This document shows positions 25,899 through 36,351 of a stretch of 64,000 nucleotides of DNA, in pieces. Both the position numbers and the translations under genes were made by a program. The notes under the pieces are model-generated. The model saw nothing but the letters and a program-made list of their open reading frames with translations. It made no database searches and was not told the origin of the DNA. The DNA lies in assembly GCA_963769935.1 (NCBI GenBank), contig CAVYNY010000013.1, positions 256,001 to 320,000 of the forward strand, read 5' to 3'. The stretch is from an uncultured delta proteobacterium (GTDB lineage Bacteria > Desulfobacterota > Desulfobacteria > Desulfobacterales > JAFDCJ01). Position 1 is the first letter of the stretch. Every line of letters begins with the position of its first letter.

Positions 25899-28589
25899 AT
25901 GAGCATCGAAAACCTGGATAAGATATTTCGACCAAAATCAATAGCGATTGTCGGGGCAAGTGAAAGAAAGCCAAGCATCGGATCGACCCTGATGCGCAAC
26001 CTGATCGAAGGCGGCTTTCCGGGCGCCATCCACCCCATCAACCCCAATCATAATACAGTATGGCAGCGGCCGGCCTTTCCCTCGATCAAGGACCTGAAGA
26101 CCCCGGTGGATCTGGCGGTCATTTCAATACCCATAACGGCAGCCGTCCAAGTCGTCAAAGACTGCGCGGAGACCGGCGTCGGCGGTGTGGTAATCATTTC
26201 GGCCGGCGGCAAGGAAGTCGGAGAAAAGGGTATAAATTTGGAGGCCGCCATCCGGCAGGAAGCACTACGGGCAGGCATTCGTATTATCGGCCCCAATTGT
26301 GCCGGCATTATGAGCAGCCGCTCCAAATTGAACGCCAGCTTCACAGACCGGATTCCGCGGCCCGGCAAAATGGCCTTTATTTCACAAAGCGGTGCTCTTT
26401 GCACGGCAATTCTGGATCTTTCCGTCACCGAAAACATCGGGTTCAGCCATTTTGTGAGTCTTGGCGGCATGCTGGATGTCGATTTCGGCGATATGATCGA
26501 TTATCTCGGCAGCGAACCGGAAGTTGCCAGCATCGTGATGTACGTGGAAGGCTTGACCCGGTTCAGAAAATTCATGAGTGCGGCCCGGGCGGTATCCAGG
26601 GTTAAACCGATTATTGCTTTAAAGGCCGGCCGATCGCAGGCAGGGGCGCTGGCGGCGGTTTCGCACACGGGCGCGCTGGCCGGTGAAGATGCGATATATG
26701 ATGCAGCTTTGCAGCGCGCAGGTATTCTGCGGGTGAAAACTTTTGAAGAACTGTTTGACTGCGCGGAGCTTCTTGCCAAACAACCGAAGCCTGCCGGTCA
26801 CGGCCTGGTGATCGTCAGCAATGCGGGCGGCCCGGCGGTAATGGCTGCCGATGCATTGTCCGACTATGGATGCGATCCGGTGACGTTGAGCGCAGAAACC
26901 GTTAAAAATTTAACTGAAATTATGCCGCCATACTGGAGCAGGCGCAATCCCATCGACATGCTGGGCGAAGCCACCCCGGAGCTTTATCGCCGGGTATGTG
27001 AAATTTGCCTGCAAACAAAGGAGGTCAACGGGATTTTGATTATGTCGGCACCCCAGGCGGTGATTGATCCGACCGAGATCGCGGCGTCCCTGGTGGATAC
27101 CATTAGCGGACGGTCAATTCCGATAGTCACATCCTGGGTCGGCGGATTGACAATGCAGAAAGGCCGGGATATTTTTAATCGGGCCGGAATCCCGACTTTC
27201 GACACCCCCGAACGCGCTGTGCGCGCTTTCATGGATATATATCGCTATTCAAAAAATATCGAAATGCTTCAGCAAATTCCTTCCCGGCTTCCCCGCCGGC
27301 TGGAGTTTGACCGGCAAAAAGCAACAACCCTGATTCATACGGGACTCGAAGCCCAAAATTATCTGCTCACCGAAATAGAGTCCAAGGCGTTGTTGTCGGC
27401 TTACGGAATACCCGTCAACCGGACGGCAACGGCGTCCAGCAGCGCGGAGGCCGTCCAAGCGGCAGCCGCTATGGGCTACCCCGTGGTATTGAAGATCAAC
27501 TCCCGCGATATCACCCATAAATCAAATGCCGGCGGGGTCATGCTTAATCTGCAAAATGGAAACGAGGTAGGGGACGCCTATGACCGGATTGTTCGGGAGG
27601 CCCGGACACTTTGTCCGGATGCCCGGCTCGAAGGTGTAACGGTACAGCCGATGCACCATCGCCCGGATTTTGAACTTTTGCTGGGGGCTAAAATGGACCG
27701 GGATTTCGGGCCGGTGATATTGTTCGGTATGGGGGGAACCCTAACCGAGGTAATCCAGGATCGGGCGATCGCACTGCCGCCGCTTAACCGCCTGCTGGCC
27801 AGAAGGCTGATGGAACAAACCCGGATTTACCGATCGCTGCAGGGGTATCGGAACATTCCGGCCGCCGATCCGGCAATGCTCGAAGAAATTTTAATCCGGC
27901 TGGCGCAGCTGGTCACGGATTTTGCCGAAATTGAAGAGCTCGACATCAATCCCTTATTCGTAACCGGCAACAATGCGTGTGCCATCGATGCCCGGGTCGT
28001 ATTACGGCCTTCTCAAACCAAAGCGCCGCTTCACCTGGTAATCAGCCCTTATCCGGATCAGTATGAGCAGCACGTGCGAACCGCTGCAAACGTCGATATA
28101 TTCATCCGTCCGATCCGTCCCGAAGATGCACCGCTGCTGGCAGAGCTGTTTGAGTCCCTTTCTCCGCGCAGTGTTTACATGCGATTTTTCACACCGCTGA
28201 AACGTCTGCCCCACAGCATGCTGGCAAGGTTTACTCAAATCGACTATGATCGTGAAATCGCCCTGGTTGCGCTCGCTGAAGGTAAAACTGCCGAAAGAAT
28301 GCTGGGAGTGGCGCGGATCATAACGGAAAACAATCAGAAGAAAGCTGAATTTTCGGTTGCGGTGGGTGATGCCTGGCAGGGCAAAGGCATCGGCGCGGAG
28401 CTGCTCAGGCGCTGCCTGGCCATTGCCGGGAAAGGCGATATAGAAGAGGTCTGGGGGGTCATTCTATCCGAGAATATCCAGATGCTGGCTCTGGCGAAAA
28501 AATTGGGTTTCAAATTCAAAAATGCCCCGGGCACCGGAGAGTACGAGTTGAGCATCGATTTGCGAAAACAAAACCGGCTCGCATATTAA
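25899..28589 (+). CDS. Acetate-CoA ligase (ADP-forming) family / GNAT acetyltransferase fusion (Pat-like)
   Basis: IAIVGAS, IIGPNC, SQSGAL, SHTGALAG, ATP-grasp HKS..GGV, ELDINPL; C-terminal IRPIRPED...WQGKGIG GNAT. Confidence 0.92.
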   Translation: MSIENLDKIFRPKSIAIVGASERKPSIGSTLMRNLIEGGFPGAIHPINPNHNTVWQRPAFPSIKDLKTPVDLAVISIPITAAVQVVKDCAETGVGGVVIISAGGKEVGEKGINLEAAIRQEALRAGIRIIGPNCAGIMSSRSKLNASFTDRIPRPGKMAFISQSGALCTAILDLSVTENIGFSHFVSLGGMLDVDFGDMIDYLGSEPEVASIVMYVEGLTRFRKFMSAARAVSRVKPIIALKAGRSQAGALAAVSHTGALAGEDAIYDAALQRAGILRVKTFEELFDCAELLAKQPKPAGHGLVIVSNAGGPAVMAADALSDYGCDPVTLSAETVKNLTEIMPPYWSRRNPIDMLGEATPELYRRVCEICLQTKEVNGILIMSAPQAVIDPTEIAASLVDTISGRSIPIVTSWVGGLTMQKGRDIFNRAGIPTFDTPERAVRAFMDIYRYSKNIEMLQQIPSRLPRRLEFDRQKATTLIHTGLEAQNYLLTEIESKALLSAYGIPVNRTATASSSAEAVQAAAAMGYPVVLKINSRDITHKSNAGGVMLNLQNGNEVGDAYDRIVREARTLCPDARLEGVTVQPMHHRPDFELLLGAKMDRDFGPVILFGMGGTLTEVIQDRAIALPPLNRLLARRLMEQTRIYRSLQGYRNIPAADPAMLEEILIRLAQLVTDFAEIEELDINPLFVTGNNACAIDARVVLRPSQTKAPLHLVISPYPDQYEQHVRTAANVDIFIRPIRPEDAPLLAELFESLSPRSVYMRFFTPLKRLPHSMLARFTQIDYDREIALVALAEGKTAERMLGVARIITENNQKKAEFSVAVGDAWQGKGIGAELLRRCLAIAGKGDIEEVWGVILSENIQMLALAKKLGFKFKNAPGTGEYELSIDLRKQNRLAY

Positions 28590-28654
28590 AACGCAACAAT
28601 GAACAATAAAAAGGCAATCGAAGCGTACCAGAAGGTCTTTGAAAGTCTCGGTCC

Positions 28655-28780
28655 TGGAGTAATGGAGTGATGGAGTATTGGAGTATTAAAAAAAAAGATA
28701 TCAAACCTTCAGCCATTTCTCCGATACTCCAGTACTCTTACCTGTCCCGTCGAAGCTTTAGCGAAGACGGACACTCCGAG
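28655..28780. repeat. 8-bp-unit (ggagtaat/ggagtatt) inverted repeat with a nested small palindrome
   Basis: ggagtaatggagtgatggagtattggagtatt ... atactccagtactct; embedded cctgtcccgtcgaagctttagcgaagacgga. Confidence 0.7.
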
Positions 28781-29325
28781 GTTCAAGGAGAACCATTTAT
28801 CGCTGCCATTTACGGTGGATCGACCCGTGGGGGTTGCTTTGTCTTACCGGGCGTCGCGTTGATCATTCGGATATGGAAAATTTTTGAAAAGAAAAGAGAA
28901 AAATTTATCCGCCCGGATTCTAAGCGCCTAAAAATCTTTCCGCACAGCGGGTATCTTGGATTTTACCGCCAAAGGCGCTAAAAGACAGGAGAGCGAAGTG
29001 CCCTAGTCGTTGCGGGTGAAACCGGGTGCGAAACACCCGGTTTGGAAAACCCAATCATAAGCGGCCCCCTTCACTGATCAATCAGTTAGGGTCCTGTCAA
29101 AAAAAATTGTTGTAACGGGTGCCGGGCGATGGGTGAACATAAAAAATATGGCTCCAAATAACTTGATTTTGTCATAAAATTAATCTAAGACTTCCTTGTT
29201 TTGGTAGGTGATGAATCTGCCTCTTTGAAGGCGCCTTGGTTTCGCTCTGAAGGAATGATCCATTTGAAAAAATGGCATCCTGAAGCTTGGAACCGTAAAA
29301 TTTTTCAGCATGGAGGATGCTCGCG

Positions 29326-29526
29326 ATGGCGACTGGAATTGTCAAATGGTTTAATGATAAGAAAGGCTACGGTTTTATCGAACAGGAAGACGGTCCGGAT
29401 GTGTTTGTCCATCATTCCGGAATCAACGCCGCCGGTTTCAAGACCCTGAAGGAAGGTGATCGGGTTGAATTTGAAATTGAGCAGGGGAAAAAAGGGCCGT
29501 CGGCCGTAAATGTCACGGTGGTCTAA
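29326..29526 (+). CDS. Cold-shock protein (CspA family)
   Basis: [30 protein letters not shown]. Confidence 0.95.
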   Translation: MATGIVKWFNDKKGYGFIEQEDGPDVFVHHSGINAAGFKTLKEGDRVEFEIEQGKKGPSAVNVTVV

Positions 29527-29545
29527 GGCACCATTTTTTTAATTC

Positions 29546-29590
29546 AAACTGGGCGTTTCAGAAGTTACGGAGAAACGCCCAGTTTATTTT
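29546..29590 (+). terminator. Intrinsic terminator after csp
   Basis: aaactgggcgtttc / gaaacgcccagttt perfect 14-bp stem followed by a T-rich tract. Confidence 0.8.
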
Positions 29591-29906
29591 ATGCAGCTTG
29601 ACGGGTAAAAAGTGGATTCTACAACTCCTCGTCGTTCGGAAACTTCATGCCGAGACATTCCACCGGCCTTGCATCCGTCATGAACTCCTCTTCAAAGAGC
29701 CTTCCGGAACCCGGTTTGCCGGGGACAAACTTTATATGGTCGCCACGGGATTGAGACGAATTCGGGTGATAATCTATCCTTGCAACCGATTGCATTTAAA
29801 GTGCGGCGATATCAGCAATGCGGATGTTTTAAAGACGAGGCTGAATAATTACCAAACTATACTTATTTTGTAATTGATTTTAAACACAAAATTCCGTTTC
29901 GGGACA

Positions 29907-30932
29907 TCAAGTCAGCTTATATTTTTGGCGCAGCCTGGTGGAAAGATCCTGAACCACCTTGAAGGCCTTTTCAACCGTTTTCTCGCCGTCCGGATTCACC
30001 AGGCAGCAGGTGGCGGGGGAAAGCAAGCTTTGGGCCAGCAGCCAATCCCTGTCGATTCCTTTGCTGCTGAGAATCGACCAGATCTCTAAAAGCCTTCCCG
30101 TCAGCGATTGCGCATTTTCGGCTTCAAATGGTTCAAAATTGGTTGGGACCAGCCCCCAGACAATCACACCGCCTCTGTCCAGGAAGCGTTTAATCGAATG
30201 GGCATAATTGGCAAATATAGCGCCGTTCAGATAAACGTCCAACGAAAGAATATCCAGGTCCAGGTTCAGCAGAAAATCCCAGTCGGGGTTGCCGCAGAGA
30301 TGAATCCCGCGCGGCCGCTCAACCATGGCCAGAAATGTTTCCATGTCGCTGCGGGCGGCCGAGCTGTCGTAACCCGATAGGGCGCTGAACAGAAACTGCA
30401 GTCCCGGCTCGTCGATAAACATAAACGCATTGGAATTTATTTTTTTTAGACGCGCCAGTTGGACGTTGATGCGCCGGGCCATAAATTCATACAAAAAGGG
30501 CCGCACCGTGTCGTCGAAGATAATCGGCCGTTTGTCCTGATCCAGCACATTCAGTCCGAAGCTGATCGGCCCTTCGAGCTGCCCCCTGATAGCGGGCCGT
30601 TCCGAGAGTTCCAGGTCGAGAAACCGGTGGTAGACATCCGAATATTGCGCGCTGATATCAAAGTAGGCCGGTTCCTCGAAACGGGCCAGGGTATCTCCAA
30701 GTTCAACGATAAACTTGTCCATGGAAAATGCCAGGGTATGCTTTTCCATATCCAGCACAATTCCCGGAAAGTGCTCCGAGGCCTGCACGTACATGTCCTC
30801 ATAATAACTCAAACGCGGCAGCTGCGGCCAGAACGGAATATCCATCGAAAGCGCAGCCTTGAGGGCCCGCTCAGGATCGGTATGCGGCATAACTGCCATG
30901 GCGGTGGTAAGCAAGTTTCCGGGAATAGGCAA
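29907..30932 (-). CDS. Core (catalytic-domain-only) methionine synthase-like protein
   Basis: PFWPQLP, GQLEGPIS, FIDEP, GIHLC (HxC), LLSPATCCL; TTG start with aggag RBS. Confidence 0.6.
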   Translation of the reverse strand: MPIPGNLLTTAMAVMPHTDPERALKAALSMDIPFWPQLPRLSYYEDMYVQASEHFPGIVLDMEKHTLAFSMDKFIVELGDTLARFEEPAYFDISAQYSDVYHRFLDLELSERPAIRGQLEGPISFGLNVLDQDKRPIIFDDTVRPFLYEFMARRINVQLARLKKINSNAFMFIDEPGLQFLFSALSGYDSSAARSDMETFLAMVERPRGIHLCGNPDWDFLLNLDLDILSLDVYLNGAIFANYAHSIKRFLDRGGVIVWGLVPTNFEPFEAENAQSLTGRLLEIWSILSSKGIDRDWLLAQSLLSPATCCLVNPDGEKTVEKAFKVVQDLSTRLRQKYKLT

Positions 30933-31126
30933 TGTTAAAACTCCTTAAAACTCCTTTAACTGGTTGCCGGGTACGGCGGTCTGCCCGGCGGAGTAAAATC
31001 GTGTCAATCTTACTATATTTAATCAGGAAGTAAATATGGATAAGATAAAATCAAATATTAATTGATTGATAAAATTAGACTATGTTGTTAATTATTTTTT
31101 AAATAATACAAATATTTTCTGCTGCG

Positions 31127-32350
31127 CTATTTCGCCCGGCGGCTTTGTTCGTATGCTTCCAAAGTTTGACGGGCGATACTTTGCCAGCTGAAGCGCTCTT
31201 CCACTCTCCGGCGTGCGGCCACACCCATCTCGATGCGTCTTTCCGGCGACCGCATCAATGTGTCGATAGCAGCGGCCAGATCCCGTGCAAATTGCTCGGG
31301 ATATTTCGGTTCGGCATCTTGCGGGCCGGAAGGTTCGAAGGGCACCAGCAAGCCGGTCTTGTCGTGTACCACCACCTCGGGAATCCCACCTACCGAAGCG
31401 GCAACTACCGGCGTACCGCAGGCCATCGCCTCCAGGTTGATGATCCCGAATGGTTCATACACGGATGGGCAAATAAATACGGCCGCCAGGCTGTACAGAG
31501 GGATCAGGAATTCTGCGGGGACCATCTCCCGGATCCAGATTACCTTTTTGTCGGTTTTTGCGCGGACTTTTGATATTTCGGTTTCTACTTCTTTGGCAAT
31601 TTCCGGCGTATCTGCTGCATCAGCGCAGAGTATTGTCTGACAGTCTGTCTCCACGTGGTGCAAGGCTCTGAGCAGGTGCACGATCCCTTTCTGCCGTGTC
31701 ACCCGACCGACAAACAGCATGAAAGGTTTGTCCGGTTCGATGCCGTATCGATTGAGAGCTGCGGGATGTCGGATTTGCCGGTACGTGTCCGTGTCGATGC
31801 CGTTGTGGATTACCTGCACTTTGGCCGCGCTCACGTCATAAAGATCCAGAATATCGTTCTTCATGGCCCGCGAGACGGCAATGATTCGATCAGCGTTGCC
31901 CAGTGCCGTTTTTTCCAACCAGCCGGCGACGTAATAGCCGTTGCCAAGCTGTTCCTTTTTCCAGGGTCGATGCGGCTCGAGGGAATGCGTGGTCACCACC
32001 AGCGGAATCTGCAGCAGTTGTTTTATCAGGCAGCCGGCCAGGTGGGTGTACCAGGTATGGCAATGAACCACGTCGGCGTATTCGACCGCACCGGCCATGA
32101 TGATGTTGCGATAGAGGGTATCTGCAATCTTCGGTTGCTTGAGATCCATTGCCGCCATGGCTTTCGATGCGCCGAAGCCGGTTACCATTCTATTGGGCCG
32201 CACCTCCCGCTGTTCGCCAAAGCACAGGACCTGTATGCGGTGGCGACCACCGTCGCAGCGTTCCATTTCGCGGACCAGATGATCGACATGTACACCGGCG
32301 CCTCCGTAAATATGGGGCGGATATTCATTGGTAAGGATAAGGATATTCAT
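31127..32350 (-). CDS. glgA: GT4 glycogen synthase / maltose-1-phosphate synthase (GlgM-type GlgA)
   Basis: TNEYPPHIYGGAGVHV, HCHTWY, HSLEPHRPWK.EQLG.GY, GRVTRQKG, YEPFGIINLEAMAC. Confidence 0.88.
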   Translation of the reverse strand: MNILILTNEYPPHIYGGAGVHVDHLVREMERCDGGRHRIQVLCFGEQREVRPNRMVTGFGASKAMAAMDLKQPKIADTLYRNIIMAGAVEYADVVHCHTWYTHLAGCLIKQLLQIPLVVTTHSLEPHRPWKKEQLGNGYYVAGWLEKTALGNADRIIAVSRAMKNDILDLYDVSAAKVQVIHNGIDTDTYRQIRHPAALNRYGIEPDKPFMLFVGRVTRQKGIVHLLRALHHVETDCQTILCADAADTPEIAKEVETEISKVRAKTDKKVIWIREMVPAEFLIPLYSLAAVFICPSVYEPFGIINLEAMACGTPVVAASVGGIPEVVVHDKTGLLVPFEPSGPQDAEPKYPEQFARDLAAAIDTLMRSPERRIEMGVAARRRVEERFSWQSIARQTLEAYEQSRRAK

Positions 32351-32526
32351 AGATAACAGAAAAAAGCCGCCGCTATTTGTTATTGGCTATTGGTTTGAGG
32401 TTTCCCGTTTTGCCTTTCCCTTCTTCTGAGCTCTCTTGCACTCTGCTCTATGCGCTTTGCCCTATACCCATCCCCCGCAACCCGCAACTCGTACCCCGCC
32501 CCCGCAACTCGCAACCCGCAACTCGT

Positions 32527-33885
32527 CTATATATCCTTAAGCAGTCTATTTGCCGGCGAAGCTTCCATCTCATCTCGGAATTCTTCAATTGCATTGGAAA
32601 GGGCTTTAAATTCCTCAGTTCTTGCGATGGGGATGCTGTCGGTGCCGTTCTGCTCGACGGCATCAACCACATATTTTATGGTGAGCGCGCTGATGTCGCG
32701 CGCCGGCTGGTAGCCGTATTTTTGATCCTCGCTGGTCCTGGTTTCGCTGATCACCCGGCTTTGAACGAGATCATATAAAATACTGTGCACCAGGCGAATC
32801 GGCATTTTAAGCCGGCCGGAAATCTCGGCGTCGGTCAGCGGCCGCTCCCCTCCGGCAAAATTTTTAACCAGCAGGTGCGCGATTTGCAAGGTGAGCAATT
32901 TTTTAAAGGCCGGGCTGACATTTTTGGCATCAGGCTCATATTCATACGTGTTGACGTTCTGGTTGGCAAAAGACAGTTCCGCACCAAAAAGAACCACCCA
33001 CCAGCTGATCTGGACCCACATCAAAAACAGCGGCAGGGCGGCAAAACTGCCATAGATGGCATTATATTTGGCAGCGCCGATCTGAAAACTGATATAGGCC
33101 CATTGGACAACCTGGAAAATGGTTCCGGCAATAATGCCGCCTATCAAACCGGCTTTCAGATTCACCTGGGTATTGGGCATCAGGATGTAGATAATCGTAA
33201 AAAGGATCCAGATGAGCACATAGGGGATGAGCTTAATGCTCAGGAAAATGAGCGGACTGATGATTCCCAGCAGTGCAATTTTGTTGGTCAACAGGGTTAA
33301 TTGGGTGGTCACAAACACCGTCGTGCTGCTGGACACTATGAAAAGCAAAGGGCTTAAAAGCATTAATGCGAGATAATCGCTGAATTTTCGGCCCCAGGAT
33401 CGGTGCGTCTTGATTTCCCAGATGTCATTCAATGAAACTTCGATATGGCTGAGAACATTGATCACCGACCATAAGAGGATGATCACGCCGATGCCGGCGA
33501 TGACCCCGCCTTTGGCGGTTTCAAGCATCGATTGGGCAAAGTCGAACACTTTCGTCAGTACTTCCTGCTGCGCCTGGCCGGGAAATTTTTCAAGAATCTG
33601 TTGCCGCAGCACCGCTTCAAACCCGAAGCCTTTGGCAACGCCGAACAGGATCGCCACCACGGGAACAATGGAAAGCAGGGTATTGAACGTCAGCGAGGAC
33701 GCCCGGAAAAAACACTTGTCTTCACTAAAACCGCGCAGCGTTAAAAGAATGATTCTGGCCTGCCTTATTAGAAATGATTTGCCGAAGGGCAGATCTTCCA
33801 GTCGAAGGCGCCAGATATCGACGGTGACAAAATCGATCATCTTATTCAGCCACGCGTCAAAATCCTTCAATGAGAATTTTCTCAC
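32527..33885 (-). CDS. YihY/BrkB family membrane protein with C-terminal HTH-like extension
   Basis: ASSLTFNTLLSIVP, YNAIYGSFAALPLFLMW..SW. Confidence 0.88.
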   Translation of the reverse strand: MRKFSLKDFDAWLNKMIDFVTVDIWRLRLEDLPFGKSFLIRQARIILLTLRGFSEDKCFFRASSLTFNTLLSIVPVVAILFGVAKGFGFEAVLRQQILEKFPGQAQQEVLTKVFDFAQSMLETAKGGVIAGIGVIILLWSVINVLSHIEVSLNDIWEIKTHRSWGRKFSDYLALMLLSPLLFIVSSSTTVFVTTQLTLLTNKIALLGIISPLIFLSIKLIPYVLIWILFTIIYILMPNTQVNLKAGLIGGIIAGTIFQVVQWAYISFQIGAAKYNAIYGSFAALPLFLMWVQISWWVVLFGAELSFANQNVNTYEYEPDAKNVSPAFKKLLTLQIAHLLVKNFAGGERPLTDAEISGRLKMPIRLVHSILYDLVQSRVISETRTSEDQKYGYQPARDISALTIKYVVDAVEQNGTDSIPIARTEEFKALSNAIEEFRDEMEASPANRLLKDI

Positions 33886-33900
33886 TTTGCTCTCCGGTGA

Positions 33901-34052
33901 TTAGTTGATTGGGTTGATTGAGTTGACTGGTTTAGTCGGATAAAGTCAATTCAGCCTTATCAACCACCCGATCTATCAACTCCATTCTTCTACCAACCAG
34001 CCTATTCATCCATTCAACCTAATCAACTAATCAACCATTTAACCTAATCAAC
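33901..34052. repeat. Short-unit inverted repeat (ttagttga / tcaactaa)
   Basis: ttagttgattgggttgattgagttgactgg ... caacctaatcaactaatcaacc. Confidence 0.7.
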
Positions 34053-34355
34053 CATATTATCCAGTACGGCGTAGGCCTTCATAAACACCGGAAAGCCGGC
34101 GGTTGATATCAACAGCAGCAGGGCATGCTTGATTTCCTCAACGGCGACGCCGGCATCCCTGGCCCTTTGGATATGGGTCGCCAGAGCGCGTTTGTGATTG
34201 CAGGCCGCCGATATGGCAATTTTAATCAACCAGCGGGATTTATCATCCAGCGGCCCGGCATTTTCATGGATTTCCTTGCCCAGAGCTTCGTGCCTGGCGT
34301 ACACCTCGGGAAACTCTAGTTTGAACCGGGTAAAGCTTTCATGCATATCTTTCAT
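34044..34355 (-). CDS. Carboxymuconolactone decarboxylase (CMD/AhpD-like) family protein
   Basis: GPLDDKSRWLIKIAISAA..HIQRA..G...EEI...AGFP. Confidence 0.8.
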   Translation of the reverse strand: MKDMHESFTRFKLEFPEVYARHEALGKEIHENAGPLDDKSRWLIKIAISAACNHKRALATHIQRARDAGVAVEEIKHALLLLISTAGFPVFMKAYAVLDNMVD

Positions 34356-34384
34356 GGTATTGTTCTCCTGAAAAATTTTAAGGA

Positions 34385-35221
34385 CTATTCATCCTTTATG
34401 GTGCCGGCATTTTCGTCGACAGTGCCTCTCTCCCCGGGTGCTTCATTATTTACTTCATCCTTGTGAGCGCCCTTGGGCCCTGCGGCAAACAGATTGGTTC
34501 GCGGTGTCAGGTAGAACTCGGCCATCATGGCAGCAGCATCTTCCCGGGAAACACTCTCTACCGTGTTTGAAGCCAATTTTTCCCCGATCACCGTCCGTTG
34601 AAAATCGGACAGAAGGAGGGCCTCCTCCGGCGCCGCCCTACCGGTCACTTCCAGCCGGCTTTTATCAAAGGCGATGATTTCGGTTGCCTGCGGGTTTGCC
34701 TTGACAACAAAGTCGGCATTATTTGTCACCGCAGTGGCCGTTTGCGTCTGGACCTTGAATTCATAGGAAGACAAATCAGACGGTCGCATCAATTTAAAGC
34801 GGGCGATGCCCTGAATTAAATGCAAAAACGATGTGCTGGTTTTACGGGCGGAATTATAGTTGCTTTGCAGGATCGCAAGGGTTGATTGCGACATCAGTCC
34901 GATCCGGCTGCCGTCCATGAGCCGGCATAATATCCAGCCGGTTGCCCCGGTGCGGATGATATCGCCCTGATAGAGCGGCAGTCCGGTCCGGGTCTGGTAT
35001 CCCACAGCGGGATCGCGATGAAAAACAATCGCTTCGCCCCGCACGGCGAGAATCTTGCCTACCGGCAAACCGCTGCCGGGTTGATACATCTCCTTGATAA
35101 CGGTATCGGAGGACAGCGTTTTCTCCGAAATTGAGGTTTCAGAAAAAGATGAGCGACCCAAAAGCATAAATGAGGCTATTAAGCAAAACAAAAAGATTGA
35201 TTGTTTTCTCAATACTGACAT
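34385..35221 (-). CDS. Exported FecR-domain protein
   Basis: Signal peptide; PLYQGDIIRTG..L.DGS.I, G.ARF, FKVQT.TA. Confidence 0.7.
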   Translation of the reverse strand: MSVLRKQSIFLFCLIASFMLLGRSSFSETSISEKTLSSDTVIKEMYQPGSGLPVGKILAVRGEAIVFHRDPAVGYQTRTGLPLYQGDIIRTGATGWILCRLMDGSRIGLMSQSTLAILQSNYNSARKTSTSFLHLIQGIARFKLMRPSDLSSYEFKVQTQTATAVTNNADFVVKANPQATEIIAFDKSRLEVTGRAAPEEALLLSDFQRTVIGEKLASNTVESVSREDAAAMMAEFYLTPRTNLFAAGPKGAHKDEVNNEAPGERGTVDENAGTIKDE

Positions 35222-35312
35222 CGGGAACTCCTGTTGAAAGTGGTTGCATCGGCCGGAGATGGATCCCAAAAAAGTCGCGTAGTATAGATACCGCAGTTTA
35301 TCAATCAAATTT

Positions 35313-36167
35313 TTATTCTTCAAGAAATTTTCGGATTGCCTGATCCCTGGCCGCATGCGGCTTCATTAAAATGCCATAGTGATTGGTATCCACCACATCG
35401 AACCTTCTGACATGCGGGATTTCATCGGTCATTTTCTGGATGACATTTTCCGGCAGCAGAAGATCGTCCTGACTCAACAGGCCGTTGGGTGCCCGCAATA
35501 CCAGTACTTTGCATTGCACGCGGGGGTAAAAGGATGCGCAATTAACTTTTCGGATGTTGGCAGCCTCTTCCTGGATATGGGCCGGATCGATATTGGTGCG
35601 GACGCCCCCTTCTACCGCTTCAATTTCATAGCGGCAGTAGGTCTCCACCGCCGGCGTCCAGGGATGCAGATAAGGCGCCTGCTTCATTTTATCCAGGTAG
35701 GCATCGGCGGAGGGAAAGATCTGGCCCAGTCGATCCAGTGCCGGTTTGATGCCGACAAAGACTTTGTCCATCTGTTCGGCCGAAAGATCACCGCCCCCAT
35801 CGACCAGAATGAGCCGATCGGTTCGATCCGGATACTGGGCTGCAAATGCCAGACCGATGAAGGCGCCCAGGGAATGTCCCATAATGACGGCCCGCTCAAG
35901 CTGCAGATCATCCAGCAGGCAGTTGATATCGCGCAGATGATGGTCCAGCGAATAGCCGGCGGCAGGCTTTGCGGATTGTCCTCTGCCGCGCAGATCCATG
36001 GCCATGACACGAAAATCCGGCGCCAGCGTCGCGGCCAGCACGTCCCAGCAGCGGCAGTTGGCGGTTATACCGTGAACACATAAAATGGGTCCTGCCTTGC
36101 CCTCCCACATCGCCAGATTGATTTCCACCCCGTCGCCCTTTGCCTTTTTCATAATCGGTTCGGTCAT
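35313..36167 (-). CDS. Alpha/beta hydrolase
   Basis: CVHGIT, DLRGRGQS, GHSLG nucleophile elbow, TNHY. Confidence 0.88.
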   Translation of the reverse strand: MTEPIMKKAKGDGVEINLAMWEGKAGPILCVHGITANCRCWDVLAATLAPDFRVMAMDLRGRGQSAKPAAGYSLDHHLRDINCLLDDLQLERAVIMGHSLGAFIGLAFAAQYPDRTDRLILVDGGGDLSAEQMDKVFVGIKPALDRLGQIFPSADAYLDKMKQAPYLHPWTPAVETYCRYEIEAVEGGVRTNIDPAHIQEEAANIRKVNCASFYPRVQCKVLVLRAPNGLLSQDDLLLPENVIQKMTDEIPHVRRFDVVDTNHYGILMKPHAARDQAIRKFLEE

Positions 36168-36351
36168 GATCCCTCCTTTGTAATTTAACCTCTCGATGTG
36201 CCTTTAAAACTAATAATATTATTATTTAAACTTGGATTCACCGCCCGCTGCGCTCGAGCCGCAAAGACCGCAGAGGAACATTGCGACTCGGCGGTGAATA
36301 TTAAATCTCAACAAATCGTGCTGAAGGCCGGATGATTGAACCCGGCTAAGT

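Noticed and set aside
29598..29873. 91-aa ORF after csp
   Set aside because: TTG start without RBS, downstream of a terminator, no recognisable motif
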